NCBI GenBank assembly: GCA_016214655.1
Contig: JACROC010000005.1
Span: 195,078-259,077, forward strand
Direction of reading: 5' to 3'
Origin: Candidatus Harrisonbacteria bacterium
GTDB taxonomy: Bacteria; Patescibacteriota; Minisyncoccia; UBA6257; 02-FULL-45-10c
DNA length: 64,000 bases
The translations under genes and the position numbers were made by a program. Positions within the stretch are counted from its first letter, which is position 1; each line of letters starts with the position of its first letter. The notes beneath the pieces are model-generated. The model was not told where the DNA came from. It worked only from the letters and a program-made list of their open reading frames with translations, and did not search any database. Positions 11,032 through 20,492 of the stretch are shown here, one piece after another.

Positions 11032-11226
11032 ATGAAACAATGCGAACTTTGCGCCAAAAGTTATTTGATGGGCGGCACCCGCAAATTACTCCGCGGCCAT
11101 TACAATCAAACTAATAAAGGAAGGAAACAGCCAAATCTTCAATGGCTTCATTTGCCAGGCCAAACTGGCCGCGTTAAGGCATGCGTGAAGTGCCTAAGAC
11201 AAACAAAAACGGCTGCAACTAAGTAG
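11032..11226 (+). CDS. rpmB: 50S ribosomal protein L28
   Basis: C..C..RKLLRGHYN..QPNLQW..CVKCLR. Confidence 0.85.
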   Translation: MKQCELCAKSYLMGGTRKLLRGHYNQTNKGRKQPNLQWLHLPGQTGRVKACVKCLRQTKTAATK

Positions 11227-11239
11227 CCGTTTTTTAATG

Positions 11240-11310
11240 TCGGAGTGCCGAGAATCGAACTCGGGCTACATGCACCCCATGCATGCGGACTACCATTATC
11301 CCACACTCCG
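11240..11310 (-). tRNA. tRNA-Pro(GGG)
   Basis: Cloverleaf CGGAGTG..CATGC-ATGGGGT-GCATG..GTTCGATT..CACTCCGA. Confidence 0.93.
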
Positions 11311-11377
11311 TCATCGATAGAATAACCCAGAAAGTTCTTTTGTTCAACAAAAATCCGCTAAAAGGCGGATTTTAAAT

Positions 11378-12382
11378 TTACTTTAAAAGCGGTTCAATCA
11401 TTCCAAAAACTCTTTCCTCATCTGCCCTTGTGCTGGTTAACACTAATTCGCGGTGCTCTACTGTATCCGGTAAGCAAAACTTCTTTGCGTCTTCAATAAA
11501 AACTGCTTGTCTTTGCGAATCCTTAATCCCACGCCGTTCCAAATTTTTCTTTAAAACCTCATCTGAAGCCGGACGCAACAGAATGATTGCCACATTGATT
11601 TCGTACCTGCAACCATAAAGCGCCTCTGTACCACGCGGAGTAAGCGCCATAATGCCGTGAGAGTCACGAAGTACGCTTTTCGTTTCATCTAAAGAAGAAC
11701 CGTAGTACTGATCCAGCCGATGATCATGCTCATCTCTGTAATGATCATGCTCTAAGAAGGCGCAATTTCTTATCCCTTCCTCAAACTGTTCTTTGGCAAG
11801 AAAATAATAATATTTCCGGTCATTCTCATCACGGGGCTGTCTAGTGGTTACATTTCTTACTCTCTGCAGTTTGCTGCCGAATTTCTTTTTTAGTTTTTCG
11901 GTCCAATAAGTTTTGCCAATAGCGCGCGGCCCCACAAAATCAATCAGCCAATAACGTCCCCGTAAATCTCTGGAGACATCGCCATATCGGGAATCCTTGC
12001 TTAATTTCTCATATTCCTCGTCCCATCTTCCATCAAACTCTCCCGCCGCATCTCCCCTGAATATTCTGATATTCTTCGCCGGGTCCCATTCCAAACGGTC
12101 ACGCCATTCGCCCATCACTCCTTCAGATATTCCAAAAACACCGGTAGAACCACAGCTGCGCTGAATATTCAAATCCAGCTTCAGAATTGCCGAACGGCCA
12201 ACTCTGCTTTTTTCCAAATTCCGGCCCTTATATCCTTGAATATCAAAAGGGTCTATGCCTTCATAGCCCAGGCTGTCCACAAACGCCTTTAATCTTTCGC
12301 CCTGATTAGCGTTGCGGCTGGGATGCGCCAAATACATAAGAGCCGCCTCTCCCGTCTTCGGCTTCAGCCATTCAGGAGTCAT
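11378..12382 (-). CDS. Fusion of nucleoside-deoxyribosyltransferase-like N-domain and guanylate-kinase-like C-domain
   Basis: C-half VGPRAIGKT, TTRQPR..YYFL..FLEH..YYGS (Gmk); N-half YLAHP..IDPF..ISEGVMGE. Confidence 0.65.
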   Translation of the reverse strand: MTPEWLKPKTGEAALMYLAHPSRNANQGERLKAFVDSLGYEGIDPFDIQGYKGRNLEKSRVGRSAILKLDLNIQRSCGSTGVFGISEGVMGEWRDRLEWDPAKNIRIFRGDAAGEFDGRWDEEYEKLSKDSRYGDVSRDLRGRYWLIDFVGPRAIGKTYWTEKLKKKFGSKLQRVRNVTTRQPRDENDRKYYYFLAKEQFEEGIRNCAFLEHDHYRDEHDHRLDQYYGSSLDETKSVLRDSHGIMALTPRGTEALYGCRYEINVAIILLRPASDEVLKKNLERRGIKDSQRQAVFIEDAKKFCLPDTVEHRELVLTSTRADEERVFGMIEPLLK

Positions 12383-12461
12383 TTATGCCTTATACTGATT
12401 TAACAGAGCTGTATTTAAAATAACTCATCTGAAAAAAATCGGCAAATTAAAAACCCGCCTT

Positions 12462-13064
12462 CTAAGCGGGTAAGTACCGTGCAGGAAAATAAGGCAATAA
12501 AACTATTGTTCTATTCGGACGCCGGTCAACGATTTCAAAAAGCGGAAAATAATTAAATTCCTGATGTTGATTTTCATCCGGTAAATCTAAAAATAAGTTA
12601 ACCGTATCCCGATATACTTTAAACAAAAGCAGACCCTTCGTCTCTAAGTCGAATGGACGATAATCAATATTTTCTAAAAAAGCGCGCCTTTGATTCAAAA
12701 ACTTCAGAACTTGGCTGCGCTCCCGCGGTTCCAGACTGGAAAGGTAGGTCTTTTGACCGCGCACCCTATCAATTTCATTAAAAAGATACTTGATTTCCGC
12801 CTTAAAAAGATGAAAGGCTAATAAATCTTCTTTGGGTTTAGTAATATTGATGGCAATCGGCTCGGGAAGAAATAACACTTTATTTCGGTGTAAAATAATG
12901 ATCGCCTCATCAGCGCTATCAATTATTTTCTTAAGTGATGTTTCTGTGGTTATAATCTTAAACAGTTCTTCCAATTTATCTTTTTTACGAAAATAAATCG
13001 TGACATAAATCGTAACTGCAACTACCGGGAAAACAATAAATAGAAACATGCCGAAAACCAGCAT
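12462..13064 (-). CDS. Hypothetical protein with N-terminal TM helix
   Basis: 200 aa ORF, GGAGGG RBS. Confidence 0.7.
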   Translation of the reverse strand: MLVFGMFLFIVFPVVAVTIYVTIYFRKKDKLEELFKIITTETSLKKIIDSADEAIIILHRNKVLFLPEPIAINITKPKEDLLAFHLFKAEIKYLFNEIDRVRGQKTYLSSLEPRERSQVLKFLNQRRAFLENIDYRPFDLETKGLLLFKVYRDTVNLFLDLPDENQHQEFNYFPLFEIVDRRPNRTIVLLPYFPARYLPA

Positions 13065-13141
13065 AACACCCTCCTTTCAAAGAACTTAATTTAAATATAA
13101 GTTAATTCCTGAAAATAAACCAGAAATATGTTATGATAAAA

Positions 13142-13295
13142 GTGACCTCCTGAAAAGGATGTGTCATAAAATCTCGCTCGTTTTCCGGATCAAATTGTTT
13201 ATAAAGGGAGGGCAACATAGCTGCGGCCTGCGGGCTGTAGTTGAGCCCACCCACCTGCTTCATAGCCGGGAACAATTGGGCGAGATTTTATTTTT
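13142..13295 (+). ncRNA. Candidate rod-shaped ncRNA (6S-like shape)
   Basis: ataaaatctcgc (13166-13177) pairs with gcgagattttat (13280-13291); inner stems; TATGAT -10 just upstream. Confidence 0.4.
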
Positions 13296-13354
13296 ATTGA
13301 AAAAATAAATTGTATCTGATATACTACAGCCAGCACTTCTCTAAAGAAAAAGTC

Positions 13355-13708
13355 ATGGATCGACGAGTCGGCTGCGAATACTGCAAATTAATATACGGAT
13401 TTGAGGAACCAAAAAGAGAAACAATCTTTGCTACGCGTCATTTTCTAGCATTCTGGGACGATGAAACAAAACAGAAAATCCTGGTTATCGGTAAAGATCA
13501 CGGCTGGACACCACAATGGACGTCCACACCCCAAGGCGAAAAAGAGATAGATTTCAAGAAGGCACAAAATCAAGCTATGAATATTCTAAGTAAAAATCAC
13601 CCGAGCAAACTGGTCAGCACATATGCCGGTGACCCAAACCAGCCGCCCAAAGATCATTTCTCACTGATAGCTCAGGCTACAGAAGTACCGCCAAACTACG
13701 GATGGTAA
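13355..13708 (+). CDS. HIT-like small protein (degenerate)
   Basis: GCEYC..IFATRHFLAFWD..ILVIGKDH..HFSLI resembles the HIT fold without a full HxHxH. Confidence 0.5.
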   Translation: MDRRVGCEYCKLIYGFEEPKRETIFATRHFLAFWDDETKQKILVIGKDHGWTPQWTSTPQGEKEIDFKKAQNQAMNILSKNHPSKLVSTYAGDPNQPPKDHFSLIAQATEVPPNYGW

Positions 13709-13740
13709 ATCAAAAAACTCCGACTTTAATCGGAGTTTTC

Positions 13741-14259
13741 TTATTCAAGGACACTATCCAAGTTTACATCATACAAAATCTTCTCGCGAACACTCTTATA
13801 ATTCACCAACTCGCTATCCTTAAACCAAACTTTGGTTTCTTTTTCCGCATCATCGGTGCTGGAAGAAGCGTGCACCAAATTCCTTACTGCACGTCCGTCT
13901 TTATCGGCGAGATCATAAGAATCCAAGGTAAAATCGCCGCGGATTGTGCCAACATCAGATTGAAGCGGTTCAGTTGAACCAACTAATTTTCGCACTACGG
14001 GAATTGCTTTATTGCCTTCCAATACCATCGCCACTACCGGGCTGGCAGACAAAAACTTAGCCAGATGATCAAGTATAGTCTGTGGAAGATTAGGATTTAT
14101 TTTATAATGCATATATGCCTGTTCCTTAGTTGGAAGCAAAAACTTCATAGCCACAATCTTCAGTCCAGCCTTTTCAAACCGGCCGACAATCTCCCCAACC
14201 AGATTCCGCTGGACTGCGTCAGGTTTTAATAAAACTAGAGTTCTTTCTTTAACATTCAT
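13741..14259 (-). CDS. ndk: Nucleoside-diphosphate kinase
   Basis: ERTLVLLKPDAVQR, GTIRGDF, NLVHAS. Confidence 0.96.
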   Translation of the reverse strand: MNVKERTLVLLKPDAVQRNLVGEIVGRFEKAGLKIVAMKFLLPTKEQAYMHYKINPNLPQTILDHLAKFLSASPVVAMVLEGNKAIPVVRKLVGSTEPLQSDVGTIRGDFTLDSYDLADKDGRAVRNLVHASSSTDDAEKETKVWFKDSELVNYKSVREKILYDVNLDSVLE

Positions 14260-14260
14260 A

Positions 14261-14965
14261 TTAATTAATTATTGTACCAACAAACTTTTTATTTTTAAAG
14301 TAGTTATCCAGATTCTTCAAATTATCACCTCTTAAAATAACCGCCTTTATCCCAAGCTTGCTGGCTTTTGCGGACGCAATGGGATCAAAAGGAGCATTCA
14401 GGCCCGGACCCCACTTACTTCCGACTAATTTTTTAAATTCTTTCCAAGAAATTTTATTAATCGGTTTTGCATCAGAAAATTTCTTCGGATCTTTGTCATA
14501 TACTTGTTGAATATTAGAAAGATTAATCACGGTATCAGCTCCATAATCTTTACATAAAAGTACGGCATCGTAATCAGTAGACCACCCAGGTTTCCAGCCG
14601 GCGCCTATAACTACCGGTTCAGCTGCCTTGCGAATAACGCCGTAATCTTTGATTATATTAGGATGGGCAATATCTCTAAAAATAGTTCGTAAAAGATGCG
14701 CGTTTAATCTAGTTGCGTGAATGCCAAGCCAGTCCAAATCATCAGGAGTTAATTCTTTGCCAACCACTTCTTTTCCCGCATCCCGGTAATTCCTGGCTAC
14801 TTTCCCGCCGCCGACCACAATAAAAAATTGCCGATTTTTATTCTCTGCCAATTTTTTACGAATAAAGCGGTTAAATTCCGATAAAAATTTAGTATTAGGG
14901 CCGCCATCCGGCACCACCAAGCTTCCACCTAAAGAAATAACTATTTTATCTTTCGCGTCGCTCAT
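14261..14965 (-). CDS. pyrH: UMP kinase (archaeal-type)
   Basis: ISLGGS, VVGGGKVAR, ATRLNA, GWKPGWSTD, VYDKDP, PFDP. Confidence 0.93.
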   Translation of the reverse strand: MSDAKDKIVISLGGSLVVPDGGPNTKFLSEFNRFIRKKLAENKNRQFFIVVGGGKVARNYRDAGKEVVGKELTPDDLDWLGIHATRLNAHLLRTIFRDIAHPNIIKDYGVIRKAAEPVVIGAGWKPGWSTDYDAVLLCKDYGADTVINLSNIQQVYDKDPKKFSDAKPINKISWKEFKKLVGSKWGPGLNAPFDPIASAKASKLGIKAVILRGDNLKNLDNYFKNKKFVGTIIN

Positions 14966-16350
14966 TATTTTTTCTTTTTAATTTCTAATCCCAATTCTTT
15001 CAACTGTTCTTTACTTACCTCTGATGGCGCTTCCATCATCAGATCCCGGGCATCACCGGTTTTCGGAAATGCAATCACCTCCCTGATATTCGGTTCATTT
15101 TCTAAAATCATTATTAATCGGTCTAAGCCCGGAGCAATTCCGCCATGCGGAGGCGCGCCGCTGCCAAGCGCTTCCAGCATATGCCCGAAATTGTTCATAA
15201 TTCTCTCTTCCGCAAGGCCCATGATTTCAAAAACTTTCTTCAACGCTTCCGGCTGGTGATTACGGATGCTTCCTCCGCCAACCTCAAAACCATTTAAAAC
15301 AATATCATATTGAGTAGTTAATATTTCGCCGATATTCTTTTTCTCCATCAGCCACTCCACGTGCTCCGGTTTAGGTGAAGAAAATGGATTATGAGTGAAT
15401 GTCCATCTTTCATCAGTTTTTTCGAAGAACGGAAAATCTACCACCCAGCAAAACGCCAAAAGATTTGGGTCATCTTTAGTTTCGCGCAAATCCGGCCGGT
15501 CAGTCCCATATTTTTCCATTGCTTCTTTATAGCTCATTCTGGGAAACGGCATTTGCTGAATTTTCTTCCCTGGATAAAGCGTCTGCACGGCTTTAATAAA
15601 CATCTCCTCAATCAAACTCATCACATCCTCTTCTCTGACAAAACTCATCTCCAGGTCCAGCTGGGTAAATTCCGGCTGCCGGTCGCCGCGAGTATCCTCA
15701 TCTCGGAAACAACGCGCCACCTGAAAATAACGCTCCATCCCGGCAACCATTAAAAGCTGTTTATATTGCTGAGGAGATTGCGGAAGCGCATAAAATTTTC
15801 CATTATATAAACGCGAAGGCACTAGATAATCTCTTGCTCCCTCCGGAGTTGATTTACTTAAAATCGGCGTCTCCACTTCCACAAAATCCCGCTCGCGCAA
15901 AAAATTTCGCATAAAGGCGATCACCTTATCCCGATTCCGAATATTTTTTTGTAGCCGCTGCCTTCGTAAATCAATATAGCGATATTTCATCCGCACATCT
16001 TCCCCGACTTCAGTCCCATCCGTTCCGACCTCAAAAGGCGGAGTTTTTGCCTCATTCAAAACTTCTAATTTTTCTGCTAGGACCTCATATTCTCCGGTTG
16101 GCAAATCTTTATTAACCATAGCCGGCGGACGCTTATTTACTTGCCCAACAATCTTAACCACCCACTCTGAACGGAGCTTATCTGCTTTTTCATAAAGCGC
16201 CTTGCCGACAAAAACCAACTGGCAAATGCCAGATCTATCCCGGAGATCAATAAAAATAAGCTTGCCGTGATCACGGCGAACCGAAACCCAGCCCATCAGC
16301 TCAACCTTTTGGCCTTCTTTGTTTACAATATCCTTAACTAAAATTCGCAT
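14965..16350 (-). CDS. aspS: Aspartate--tRNA ligase (compact, lacks GAD insertion)
   Basis: STPEGARDYLVPSR, ALPQSPQ, CFRDED..RQPEFTQLDLE, GAPPHGGIAPGLDR. Confidence 0.97.
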   Translation of the reverse strand: MRILVKDIVNKEGQKVELMGWVSVRRDHGKLIFIDLRDRSGICQLVFVGKALYEKADKLRSEWVVKIVGQVNKRPPAMVNKDLPTGEYEVLAEKLEVLNEAKTPPFEVGTDGTEVGEDVRMKYRYIDLRRQRLQKNIRNRDKVIAFMRNFLRERDFVEVETPILSKSTPEGARDYLVPSRLYNGKFYALPQSPQQYKQLLMVAGMERYFQVARCFRDEDTRGDRQPEFTQLDLEMSFVREEDVMSLIEEMFIKAVQTLYPGKKIQQMPFPRMSYKEAMEKYGTDRPDLRETKDDPNLLAFCWVVDFPFFEKTDERWTFTHNPFSSPKPEHVEWLMEKKNIGEILTTQYDIVLNGFEVGGGSIRNHQPEALKKVFEIMGLAEERIMNNFGHMLEALGSGAPPHGGIAPGLDRLIMILENEPNIREVIAFPKTGDARDLMMEAPSEVSKEQLKELGLEIKKKK

Positions 16351-16493
16351 TATTTAGAAAATAATTAGCATTATTTGCGATTACTCCGTTTAAATATAAC
16401 TTATTTTTATAAAAAGAAAAAGCTCTCTTGAAAGAGAGCTTTGAAAAACAAAAAAAGGGGTTTATTCGCAGAAGGAACCGTGCAAGGGTCTTG

Positions 16494-17273
16494 TTACAAT
16501 GCCTCCTGTTCAGACCAGTAGAAATAGTACATAGCTCCGCTCCACAAAACGAAGAAGATCAGGGATAAATAAAGGCTTGTCTCAAAACCGGAATACCATC
16601 CCCAACTAAAATTTGCCCCTAAACCGGACACCAAACCGACGATCGCGCCTCCGAAAAACAGGCTTATGAACACCGCGGCAATAATCGTTATCAGAAAGCA
16701 CTGATAAAAATTAAAATTCATTTCCATTGGCAAGGGAGAGACGCCGATCGCCATCCCCAGCCAGAAACCGTAGTAAAGATCACTATCGCTTTGCACATAG
16801 AAAAATCTATGCTCTTCAAGGACAGAAATCACCCAAATTATCCCAAAAAAGGCTTCCAGATAAACAGAAAACATAAGCATATCTTTCCAGGAAAAAACGC
16901 CGAGATTGGCAAAGACTAAAGCGCCATTAAGATGCATCAGCGATACGGTTTTCCTCAGCGCCAGCCATATGACCGAATAGGAACAAAGACAGAACAGAAA
17001 AATCTTCAGCATAGTAAGGCTGGTATGCTCTTTTACAAATCTCTTTCGCATTGATCTTAGAGAATATTTTTCCCGAATCAGCTTTCTCTTTGCCAAATAA
17101 TCGTCTATTGCGGTTTGCGGCAAACCCCTTGCTTTTAAAATCGTGGCGATCACTTCCTCAAGAGTCATTCCTTTTTCCGCGATAAACACTTCCTTAATCG
17201 TCTTCATGGTCAGCTGCTTATCCCTATTTTTTAAAAGTTCGAGTAACTGCGCTGCGGCGCTTTCTTCAGCCAT
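16494..17273 (-). CDS. Hypothetical multi-pass membrane protein
   Basis: 259 aa, several hydrophobic segments, AAGGAGG RBS. Confidence 0.7.
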   Translation of the reverse strand: MAEESAAAQLLELLKNRDKQLTMKTIKEVFIAEKGMTLEEVIATILKARGLPQTAIDDYLAKRKLIREKYSLRSMRKRFVKEHTSLTMLKIFLFCLCSYSVIWLALRKTVSLMHLNGALVFANLGVFSWKDMLMFSVYLEAFFGIIWVISVLEEHRFFYVQSDSDLYYGFWLGMAIGVSPLPMEMNFNFYQCFLITIIAAVFISLFFGGAIVGLVSGLGANFSWGWYSGFETSLYLSLIFFVLWSGAMYYFYWSEQEAL

Positions 17274-17342
17274 TCAATCCTCCTTATTTTTTCAAATCAC
17301 AACTGCATATAAGGTAACACAAACCACCGTGCCTGTCAAAAT

Positions 17343-18200
17343 TTACCTTTTGAAGGTATGTAGATTTAATTTGCCGCCGGCAAGCACTAATTTTAAAAGA
17401 CCATCCCTATCCGTTCTATAAACCCCTCCGAAACTCGCAAGCCGCTGGAGCGCTTCTTTAGTCGGGTGGCCATAACGATTTTTGCCAACTTCAATAACCG
17501 ATAATTTGGGGCGGGCTTCTTTCAGGAATGATAGGTCAGAAGAATATTTAGATCCGTGATGACTGACTTTTAAGATGTCCACATCTACATCGTATAAATT
17601 CGCAAGTTGTTTCTCTTTCTCGCCGCTGATATCGCAGCCATAAAACGCTTTTAAACCGCTACTTTTTAAGATTGCCACAAGACACAAATCATTAACATTT
17701 TTTGCAATATCCGAATCTCTAGGATTTAAAATATCTAGTTCCGAACCTCCATACTTTATTTTATCTCCGGCGCGCATTACCACGGTTTTTAAATTCTGAT
17801 CCTTGATTACTTTTTCCAGCGCCCGCCAGGAGACATTCGGGCTGCCGTATTCACTCATCAGCACCGCGCCAATCTTATAATTTTTAAATAGCTTTATAAA
17901 CCCGCCGAAATGATCGAGTTGCGGATGAGAAATCATCACCAAATCAATATAGCGGTCACTAATTCGTAAAATTTTTTCTAAATTTTCTTCCAACCGGCCG
18001 TTCGGGGGACCGCCGTCAATAAGTACTTTTATTCCGCCGGGTAAAACTACTAAGGAGCTGTCTCCTTGTCCGATGTCTAAAAAATATAATTTCAGTTTGT
18101 CCGCGCTCGCCGGAAATAAAATTAAAAGCCAAACTGCAATATCAATTATAACCAGTGAACTAAGAATTATTTTAAAATATTTAAACCCTTTTTCTTTCAT
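17343..18200 (-). CDS. ComEC-associated metallo-beta-lactamase-fold protein
   Basis: FLDIGQGDS, SHPQLDHFGG, KVSHHGS, NRYGHP. Confidence 0.9.
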   Translation of the reverse strand: MKEKGFKYFKIILSSLVIIDIAVWLLILFPASADKLKLYFLDIGQGDSSLVVLPGGIKVLIDGGPPNGRLEENLEKILRISDRYIDLVMISHPQLDHFGGFIKLFKNYKIGAVLMSEYGSPNVSWRALEKVIKDQNLKTVVMRAGDKIKYGGSELDILNPRDSDIAKNVNDLCLVAILKSSGLKAFYGCDISGEKEKQLANLYDVDVDILKVSHHGSKYSSDLSFLKEARPKLSVIEVGKNRYGHPTKEALQRLASFGGVYRTDRDGLLKLVLAGGKLNLHTFKR

Positions 18201-19587
18201 AATAAACTATCCAACCAATTAACAATGCATAATAGATTATTGAGGCAGAAAAACCAAATGACCGAGTAGCAATCGGCAGAGAAAATTTGGAAAAAATATC
18301 AATAATCCAAAGCTCATAAGACAAAAGTAAATTCACTATCAAACCAATCATCTGCGCCAAAAAATCGGAAATAAATCCAAGCCCCGCCATCATAAAACCC
18401 AGCCCCATAGTCAATGGTACGGCTTCAGCTATCAGAACGTTAGAAAACAAAGAAGTTAAAGAAAACGTACCGAAGTTTCCCAAAAGCAGCGGCACCACTG
18501 CCAACTGGGCAGAAAGCGCAGTTAAAATATTTTCTTTCCATGATAAAAATCCGGAATCCTTAAATTTTAAATTTTTTTTGAGTACCGGCAGCAGATAAAC
18601 AATTCCAAGAAGCGCTGCAAAAGAGAGCTGGAAACCTAAATCAAATACCAAAACTTTAGGATTATATAAAACCATCAGAAACGCCGCCACTATAATTGCA
18701 TTCCGTATGCTAAAAATACGTTCAGTTTCTTTAGCCAAGATGGCAATAATACCCATAATCGCCGCCCTGACAACCGATGCCTCTCCTCCAGTCATTAAAA
18801 CAAACAGCACGATAACTAAAATGCTTAAATAAAAAGAAGTCGATTGTGAAAAATAAAGTCCAAAAATAGCGGCGGTAGCCAGGGCGATAATGGAAATATT
18901 ATATCCAGACAACGCCACCAAATGAGTGGTGCCGCTAAGCGACATTTTCCTTTGTAATTCCTTAGAAAAATCTTCCCGCTCTCCCAGCGTCAGGCCTGAC
19001 AAAAATGCCGCCTTTTCACTCGGTAAAGCTCTTTTAAAAATCACAACAATCGAATTTTTAAAGTCCAACAATCTCGCCTTGATGGGATTTCCTAGTCCAG
19101 ACTCAATCAGATCAATTTTTGAGAAACGCATGGTCCCCAAAATTCCATTTTTGGCCAGATAATCTGCCGATTCCGGCGAAGGCCGGTTAATAATTCCGGC
19201 TACCTTAACCAGATCCCCATACTGGAAACTTTGGTATGGATCGGTATTAGCCTGAATCTTGCCGCTGTAAGGCTTTTGCAGCTCCAGCACCAATTTTTGT
19301 CCGCCGGCGGTCCGCTCCAGCGACTTAATAATTCCGGTAAATTCTGTTTTTAAACCAACAGGAAAACTGACGCTCTTCTGATAATAATCAGACACTTGAT
19401 AATACAAAGCTCCGGCAACAATTAAAAAAGAAAGTAAAACTAGAGAATGCCGTCTGAAAATTAAAAAATAAAGAGCAATTAGAAATGTAACTAAAATTAC
19501 CGCCGGCAATACTTTAAAAACGCTTATCAAAAAAATACCCAATAAGAAAAAGACGCAGAACCAAAAGGCTGAATCGTGCAAAAACAT
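18181..19587 (-). CDS. comEC: ComEC/Rec2 competence channel (membrane part)
   Basis: GTTHLVALSGYN, ASVVRAAIMG, DLGFQLSFAA. Confidence 0.93.
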   Translation of the reverse strand: MFLHDSAFWFCVFFLLGIFLISVFKVLPAVILVTFLIALYFLIFRRHSLVLLSFLIVAGALYYQVSDYYQKSVSFPVGLKTEFTGIIKSLERTAGGQKLVLELQKPYSGKIQANTDPYQSFQYGDLVKVAGIINRPSPESADYLAKNGILGTMRFSKIDLIESGLGNPIKARLLDFKNSIVVIFKRALPSEKAAFLSGLTLGEREDFSKELQRKMSLSGTTHLVALSGYNISIIALATAAIFGLYFSQSTSFYLSILVIVLFVLMTGGEASVVRAAIMGIIAILAKETERIFSIRNAIIVAAFLMVLYNPKVLVFDLGFQLSFAALLGIVYLLPVLKKNLKFKDSGFLSWKENILTALSAQLAVVPLLLGNFGTFSLTSLFSNVLIAEAVPLTMGLGFMMAGLGFISDFLAQMIGLIVNLLLSYELWIIDIFSKFSLPIATRSFGFSASIIYYALLIGWIVYYERKRV

Positions 19588-19640
19588 ATCTTATAAAATA
19601 CAAAACGGCTCAAACTATTACAAGTCTGAGCCGCAAAATT

Positions 19641-20036
19641 CTATGAATCGCGCTCCCAACCAGCCACATTGCCGAAATCCGAAGGAAATAAAAGTATCTT
19701 GGTTGTTCCGGGTAGAAATTTCAGAAGAAACTTAACCCGGCTCTCAATCTCCGGATCGTCTAAGCCCTTAAAGCCGGTTAACTCCTTTGTTTTTAGTTCC
19801 GCCAGCAAACACTCGACATCCGATTCCCGCTCCTTCGCCAATTCCCGGCGATAAAAATCGGTAATCTCCTCATTGCCATTTTTATAAACCGCTTCGGCAA
19901 TTTCCACCGATTGCCAATAAATTCTCTTAAGCCGCTTAGCCTGCTTGGAAGAAATTCTTAATTCGTCCGCCACCCTATCTACGCCATATCCATTATTAAA
20001 GAGATTGAAAGAGCGGGCGATCGTCCGCAAATCCAT
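19641..20036 (-). CDS. Hypothetical protein with possible N-terminal HTH
   Basis: GYGVDRVADELRISSKQAKR; GAGGAGG RBS. Confidence 0.6.
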   Translation of the reverse strand: MDLRTIARSFNLFNNGYGVDRVADELRISSKQAKRLKRIYWQSVEIAEAVYKNGNEEITDFYRRELAKERESDVECLLAELKTKELTGFKGLDDPEIESRVKFLLKFLPGTTKILLFPSDFGNVAGWERDS

Positions 20037-20120
20037 AAATCCTCCTCGGTAATCTGTTAAGATAATATCACAAAAATTTAATTAACGCAACATCAAAAAA
20101 ATAACCCGCCAACAGGCGGA

Positions 20121-20492
20121 TTATGATTTTTTGGTCAACTCATCTAATTTTTCTAACGTGTTTGCTTCCAATTCTATTTTTTGATCTTCGTATTCCGCTT
20201 GTATAGATTCCAATTCTGACTTTAAAAAATTATTTAACGTTTCATTTTTAACGCTCAAGTATCCTTCCTCCAGCATATTAGTTAAAATATCCAGTTGCCC
20301 CGGCGTAGCGGTATCTAAAATTCCAACAATGGCGGCCTTAACATCATCGTCTAAAGAGGAAGTCGCCAGCAAAAATCCCAATTTTCTTCCCTGGGCATCG
20401 GCCAAATCCAAAATCTGTTCCTTGGATAATTCTTCAATTTTTAATTGTTCTTTAGCCATAAGGTTAATTTTTTTATTTAAATACATCGCCAT
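20121..20492 (-). CDS. Acidic helical hypothetical protein
   Basis: ORF coupled to the upstream 964 aa gene; likely start at MAKEQ. Confidence 0.65.
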   Translation of the reverse strand: MAMYLNKKINLMAKEQLKIEELSKEQILDLADAQGRKLGFLLATSSLDDDVKAAIVGILDTATPGQLDILTNMLEEGYLSVKNETLNNFLKSELESIQAEYEDQKIELEANTLEKLDELTKKS

